A DNA stretch of 64,000 nucleotides from Eledone cirrhosa. Its lineage: Eukaryota. The stretch spans positions 31,992,001 to 32,056,000 of the forward strand of contig OZ024751.1 in the NCBI GenBank assembly GCA_964016885.1, read 5' to 3'. The number at the start of each line of letters is the position of its first letter. The stretch's first letter is position 1. The notes under the pieces were generated by a model. The model worked only from the letters and a program-made list of their open reading frames with translations. It was not told the origin of the DNA and did no database searches. This document shows positions 58,533-64,000 of the stretch, in pieces. The translations under genes were made by a program, and so were the position numbers.

Positions 58533-58832
58533 CACACACACAAGCACACACATACACACACATATATATTTGTATATATATATATATATATGTTTATATA
58601 TATGTTTAAATGAGTTGATAAAACGATCATATAATGGAAAATAACATTTTAAAGCTCAAATGTGATGTTATAGTCTACAGCAAGATAGGTATGATAGAGT
58701 TCAGAGTTTAATTCAATGAATAAATTTCCAATCACAGTAGAGGAATGGAATATTCCAATTATTCTAACAAAACAACAAAACAGTCGTAAATCAAATAAAT
58801 GTTTCAATTTAAATCCTTGTTATAATCTTTAT

Positions 58833-58874
<42 letters not shown>

Positions 58875-58877
<3 letters not shown>

Positions 58878-59038
58878 TTTATCCCGGGTTCAGTCGGGGG
58901 TAACCACAGTAAATAAGGTACTCAATACATAGCAGAGTATAAATATTTAATATAGAAATGGCTTCTACAGGGCTAGAACTGTTTCATTCTGAGATGATGA
59001 TTTCCTTCGAATGAAACAGTTTTAGTCTTGAAGAAGCC

Positions 59039-59044
<6 letters not shown>
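58875..59044. mobile_element. Family N inverted-repeat element with HHR remnant
   Basis: aaatggcttc...gtttcattc / gaatgaaac...gaagccattt; aTGATGA-T-TTC-cttc-GAA-T-GAAAC...GTC (58994-59027); relatives at 53043-53180 (CTGATGA) and 41360-41415. Confidence 0.7.
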
Positions 59045-59111
<67 letters not shown>

Positions 59112-59145
59112 AAAAAAATAGAGGTGTGACACACGAGTTGTGATA

Positions 59146-59631
59146 TATTAGTAAAAAGGAAAAGAAAATGCTGAAAAATAGTTTAATTAGGAATAAGTAT
59201 AAATTAGTAATAAGTATTAGTTAGTATTCAGTTTTAGTTTTACGTTTTTTACCGGTTGCGCATTTCTTATGCTTTTCAAAAATAATTTTGAGATAGAGTG
59301 CTCGTGATTTTTGCTCTAGTCTGATCAGTTTTGGAAATTCTTAACATCAATAACGAAAAAGGTGAAATGGTGTATAGTATTATCATAACAACAAGGGATG
59401 TGTGAGTTCAGATTGTACGTACTGCAAGGGGAATCCATTAGGCCCTGCCGTATGGGATACTTGTGTACAAATATGTATGCACCCATCAATGTGCAATACA
59501 TGTGTGCATATCGATAAAAAACTTAAAACTAAAACTGGATACTAACTAATACTTATTACTAATTTATACTTATTCCTAATTAAACTATTTTTCACTGGGA
59601 AAAATTTGTCAGCATTTTCTTTTCCTTTTTA

Positions 59632-59638
<7 letters not shown>
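59146..59638. repeat. ~105-bp inverted repeats around a ~265-bp spacer
   Basis: 59146-59250 vs 59516-59638, with an insertion in the right arm; (TA)n flanks. Confidence 0.75.
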
Positions 59639-59699
<61 letters not shown>

Positions 59700-59706
<7 letters not shown>

Positions 59707-60100
59707 GTTAGAATATGTGTAATAAGGCCAAGACAATGCAGATATGGACATAGAAAAAAGAATGCAATAGTGAGAGATATTGATGAGAATTCGTCTTTCA
59801 CCTTGAATTTATTTAAATGTCCTTAATTTTCGAGATAATATCTCTTCTTCGGAGGGAAGTAAAAGTCTCTGACCAGCGTCTAAATTTCCAATGAAGCCAT
59901 TGGCTTCATTGGAAATTTAGACGCTGGTCAGAGACTTTTACTTCCCTCCGAAGAAGAGATATTATCTCGAAAATTAAGGACATTTAAATAAATTCAAGGT
60001 GAAAGACGAATTCTCATCAATATCTCTCACTATTGCATTCTTTTTTCTATGTCCATATCTGCATTGTCTTGGCCTTATTACACATATTCTAACGTTTATA
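59700..60100. mobile_element. Family O ~400-bp palindrome with HHR variant on each arm
   Basis: Axis at 59900 (gcca-t-tggc); CCU-CCGAAGA-A-GAGAU-AUU-AUCUC-GAA-AAUU-A-AGG at 59945-59979(+) and mirror 59821-59855(-). Confidence 0.85.
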
Positions 60101-60139
60101 CCTCATTACACAATGCTTCAAGTGAACTATAACCTCCTC

Positions 60140-60228
<89 letters not shown>

Positions 60229-60250
60229 CACACATATATATATATGGATG

Positions 60251-60315
<65 letters not shown>

Positions 60316-60340
60316 GGCTTCTATATATATATATATATAT

Positions 60341-60416
<76 letters not shown>

Positions 60417-60419
<3 letters not shown>

Positions 60420-60828
60420 ACGAAGGAATTGTGGTAAGGAACCAGATGGACCATAACGCACCAAAGTACTCAATAGTTAGTGTAGTAGAATGGGTAATAG
60501 GAACAAGTATGACCCCGACGGCAGAGCTCAAGCCGTTTCGACGGCTATTTCTGGAGTTCAGAAATAGCCGTCGAAACCGCTTGAGCTCTGATGTATATTA
60601 TAAAAGTATATATGTATATGTATTTATATATATATACATACATAGATAATAGGAACAAGTATGACCCCCGACGGCAGAGCTCAAGCCGTTTCGACGACTA
60701 TTTCTGGAGTCCAGAAATAGCCGTCGAAACGGCTTGAGCTCTGCAGTCGGGGTCATACTTGTTACTATTATCTATGTATGTATATATATATAAATACATA
60801 TACATATATACTTTTATAATATACATCA
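60417..60828. mobile_element. Two abutting family F palindromes
   Basis: Axes at ~60556 and ~60709; the second palindrome spans 60589-60828. Confidence 0.85.
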
Positions 60829-61704
60829 TGACATGACATTCTATGTAGTGATATATACATCTGTTTAATCAATGTAATAAAACATTTGCACTTAGTTTGA
60901 CTAATTAAGAAATTAATATTTTAAAGCTTTATTTTAATTTATTTTTTACTTTATTTAAATTAATCAAATTTTGTGAATTTTTTTAAATTAAAATGTTTTA
61001 GTATAAAAATTCATAGAATTTAATATAACTTAGTAAATAAATACATTAATTTTATTTATATACTTATTAATTTATGTTTTTTTTAATATATTTATTAATT
61101 TATATTTTTAAACATTAATTTGAAAAAACAACTACAAAATACTATTTATATATATACACACCCACTTATATAGAGGTTTTAATAGCCTTTCATTTCCGTT
61201 TATATAAATATATATACATGCCCCACCACACACACACACACACACACACACACGTATATATACACACATATATTTTATATTTGTTTTTAATCATTTATTT
61301 TAAAATGCCTTCTCTACAAAGAATTTTTTTAATAGGCTCTCCGTTTCCGGGTAATCATATCCACACATACACATATACGTATATACATACATGTATACAT
61401 ATATATATACTACATATATACAAATGCGTATGCATACAAACATACACAAACCTACCTGCACTCATAATATGGATATATATATATATACATGCATACACAA
61501 ACTTATATGCATATATACATACACACCCATACATACATACATACATACATAAATGCATGCTTACATAGTACACATACATATATACATACGTAAATGCTTG
61601 CAAAAATACATAATAAATACACACATAACTGCATATATACATACATATATAAATGCATACAATATATACACACACCTACGTACGTAAATGCACACATATA
61701 TGCA

Positions 61705-62680
61705 ACAAGTTTGGTATTTTTCGGCATTGATTTTCGTTTCAAACTTAGTGAGGCTAACGTTAGGATTATTGGAGGTCTTTATCAAGGTTGTTGACAAGGA
61801 CGAACAATTCATCAACTTTTCCTGCCAGACCATTAATATAGTCTTTTAATTATAGTTTTCTGATGTTCCCCTCTACTTTCCCCTGTGTTGACTGTCTTCA
61901 CGATTTACACGGATATCGCTCATGATCTTTAGGAAGATGCTCAACAGTGTAGGTCATAGGAGGTTGTCCAGATCGATGCTTACAGTGACACAAACCATTC
62001 TCCGATGATGTCTTGTACAAGTTCGTCTCTAGTTGCTTTGGCACAAAGTTGTTGTATGGTATGAGTTAATTTCATTCCAGGCTCTATCGGATGCCGTCTT
62101 GAAGTCTATAAGAACATGCATGCATGATCCCGCAACTCTCGAGGGATTCGTAAGGGCGCTGTATTGACATACGGCGTTTCTAGAGCATTTAAAAAACCTG
62201 GTAGAGTCGATCCCTTCTCCAGGTCTGAACACAGCAGATTTCTTCCAGAGAAGGATAAAGCGAGTGAGAGAATGGAAGTGAAAAAGAACAAGGTACAGCT
62301 ATTTCTGCTGTTGAAGATATTTTTCACAGAGGGTACAGAGGCTAAAGATTTGCTGAGTAATGCATCTACCTTTATGGAAGACTATTTCTTCCTCAGCTAC
62401 GATGCGTTTTGCCTGAGTTGTTCAGTCTTTTCAGAATGATTCTGATTTTGCATAGGTGACGTTGTTCTGCATGGTACGGTGATTCTACTATAGTTTGACG
62501 TTGCCTTTCTTGAGAAGTCCTATGATGAGTGACTGAGTCCAAGGTGTTGGTCATTCACCTGTCTGCTAGATCTTATTGCAGACGGCCTTGAGTATGTCTA
62601 TAGTAGCATTTCCTCCATGCTTCTCTAGTTCAGCAGGGATGTTTTCAACTCCAGCAGACTTTCTGTTTATCAGCAATCTT
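61705..62680 (-). pseudogene. Degenerate RTE-clade reverse transcriptase fragment
   Basis: Minus-strand remnants KSAGVENIPAEL, PTPWTQSLII.L.KKG, FRPG, VLIDFKTASDRAW and KINAEK, with stops and frameshifts. Confidence 0.75.
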
Positions 62681-63129
62681 ACTAACAGTAAAGAGTAGTC
62701 ATCCTTATTGGAATAATTATGCACATACAACGAAACTTTTTATGTTACACTCGTCCAGAATATTATTTGTGAGTCATGGTTTGGGTTTGCGGTGGCTTTT
62801 CCCTAGAATCTCGCTAGCTACCTCTTTTGTACGAAGGGTCAATAAAATCTCTCCAGTCATATTCTGCCCCCCCCCCCCTTTGTTAAATACGTGAAACATT
62901 TTTGAAAAACATTTGATGAAAATTTTTGAGAAAGGTTTTGGGGTTTATTTTTGAAAATTTTGAGAGAAAAAATGGGAAAAAATATTTAAAAAAATAATTT
63001 TCAGAAAAATAACCCCAACTCTGGACTTAAACCTACCACTAAATCTAAACAACCCTAACTCTAACATTATCCCTACACGCCTAATATATATATATATGTG
63101 TGTGCGTGTGTGTGTGTGTGTGTGCGTGC

Positions 63130-63184
<55 letters not shown>

Positions 63185-63194
63185 TTGATGGTCT

Positions 63195-63368
63195 GTGGTA
63201 CTGGGACCGGGAAGACCACAAATCAGAGACGCCCTCAATACATGGTGTGATGCAGAGTGGGTATATTAGTAAATGTAGAGGATCGACCGCGAGCTGGGTG
63301 GTTTCAGCTAGTTACCTCATCAAGCCGAAACCATCGAGCTCGCGGTCGATCCTCTGCTTCTACCAATA
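63195..63368. mobile_element. Family P inverted-repeat element with HHR-like motif
   Basis: agaggatcgaccgcgagct...ggtttc / gaaacc...agctcgcggtcgatcctct; minus strand tTGATGA-ggtaactagct-GAAACC...GGTC. Confidence 0.65.
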
Positions 63369-63379
63369 TATATATATGA

Positions 63380-63530
63380 ATGGACCTGTTATTTTTTATC
63401 TAAAGACATTTTTTCCAATTCAATCCCGCCCGTCCCCTCAATCTATTTTATTTCTCATTCTTTCTTTTGATGAAGGACTAGCGTCCGTAATGTTAAGACC
63501 CTCTTCCTGCTATATCAAGCGTTAACCTAA
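63380..63530 (+). mobile_element. Family B PLE 3' repeat remnant (HHR decayed)
   Basis: ttgatgaaggactagcgtccgtaatgttaagaccctcttcctgctat matches 48264-48310. Confidence 0.75.
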
Positions 63531-63628
63531 TATATACCTTCCATATACTGTGTTGTTATTTCTGTTTACCTTTTACATATATATATGCCGAATGGCGCCC
63601 GACAGACTGGTCGGTCAAGGTGATGAAG

Positions 63629-63681
<53 letters not shown>

Positions 63682-64000
63682 TTATATTATTTACATACAT
63701 ACATTTATATATACATACATACAGCTGTTTCTATTGATGAGAGTGCTGGACTTAGAATACAAACTTACAGTAATTAATCAAAAGTAGGTGGAGTCTTCCG
63801 CTTTTTAATTTGATCCTGTAGAAGATTATAACAAGGTTCTTATTAACCTAACCAGGTTAATCATGACGATAACGATCCTGTTACTAATAGTACAGATTCT
63901 AATAATAATAATAATTATTATTATTATAATAGTAGTAGTAGTAGTAATAATACTTTCTTTATTAACCACAAGGGTTTACATAAAGTAGACATTAAGTACA

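Overview
AT-rich eukaryotic non-coding DNA. Long (TA)n/(CA)n/(GA)n/(TATC)n tracts and the SINE families suggest an octopod cephalopod (inference). No host protein-coding exon can be supported, and nearly all ORF-track entries are translations of microsatellites. The recognisable content is mobile DNA: a frameshifted Penelope-like element (PLE; RT + GIY-YIG, ~19.85-21.96 kb) with a hammerhead ribozyme (HHR) in its 3' repeat, a second 5'-truncated PLE, fragments of Tx1/L1, RTE, RTE-X and R4/Dong LINEs, many tRNA-derived SINEs, three non-autonomous Helitrons, Tc1/mariner MITEs and a 32-bp minisatellite. The main signal is a dense set of short, mutually unalignable elements in or beside (TA)n tracts. 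Many are head-to-head palindromes with a minimal type-I HHR or a core variant near the axis, and eight families share a covarying bulged hairpin (ACUC-stem-loop-bulge-GAGU) downstream of the HHR. All structures were folded by eye and coordinates are approximate to a few nt.
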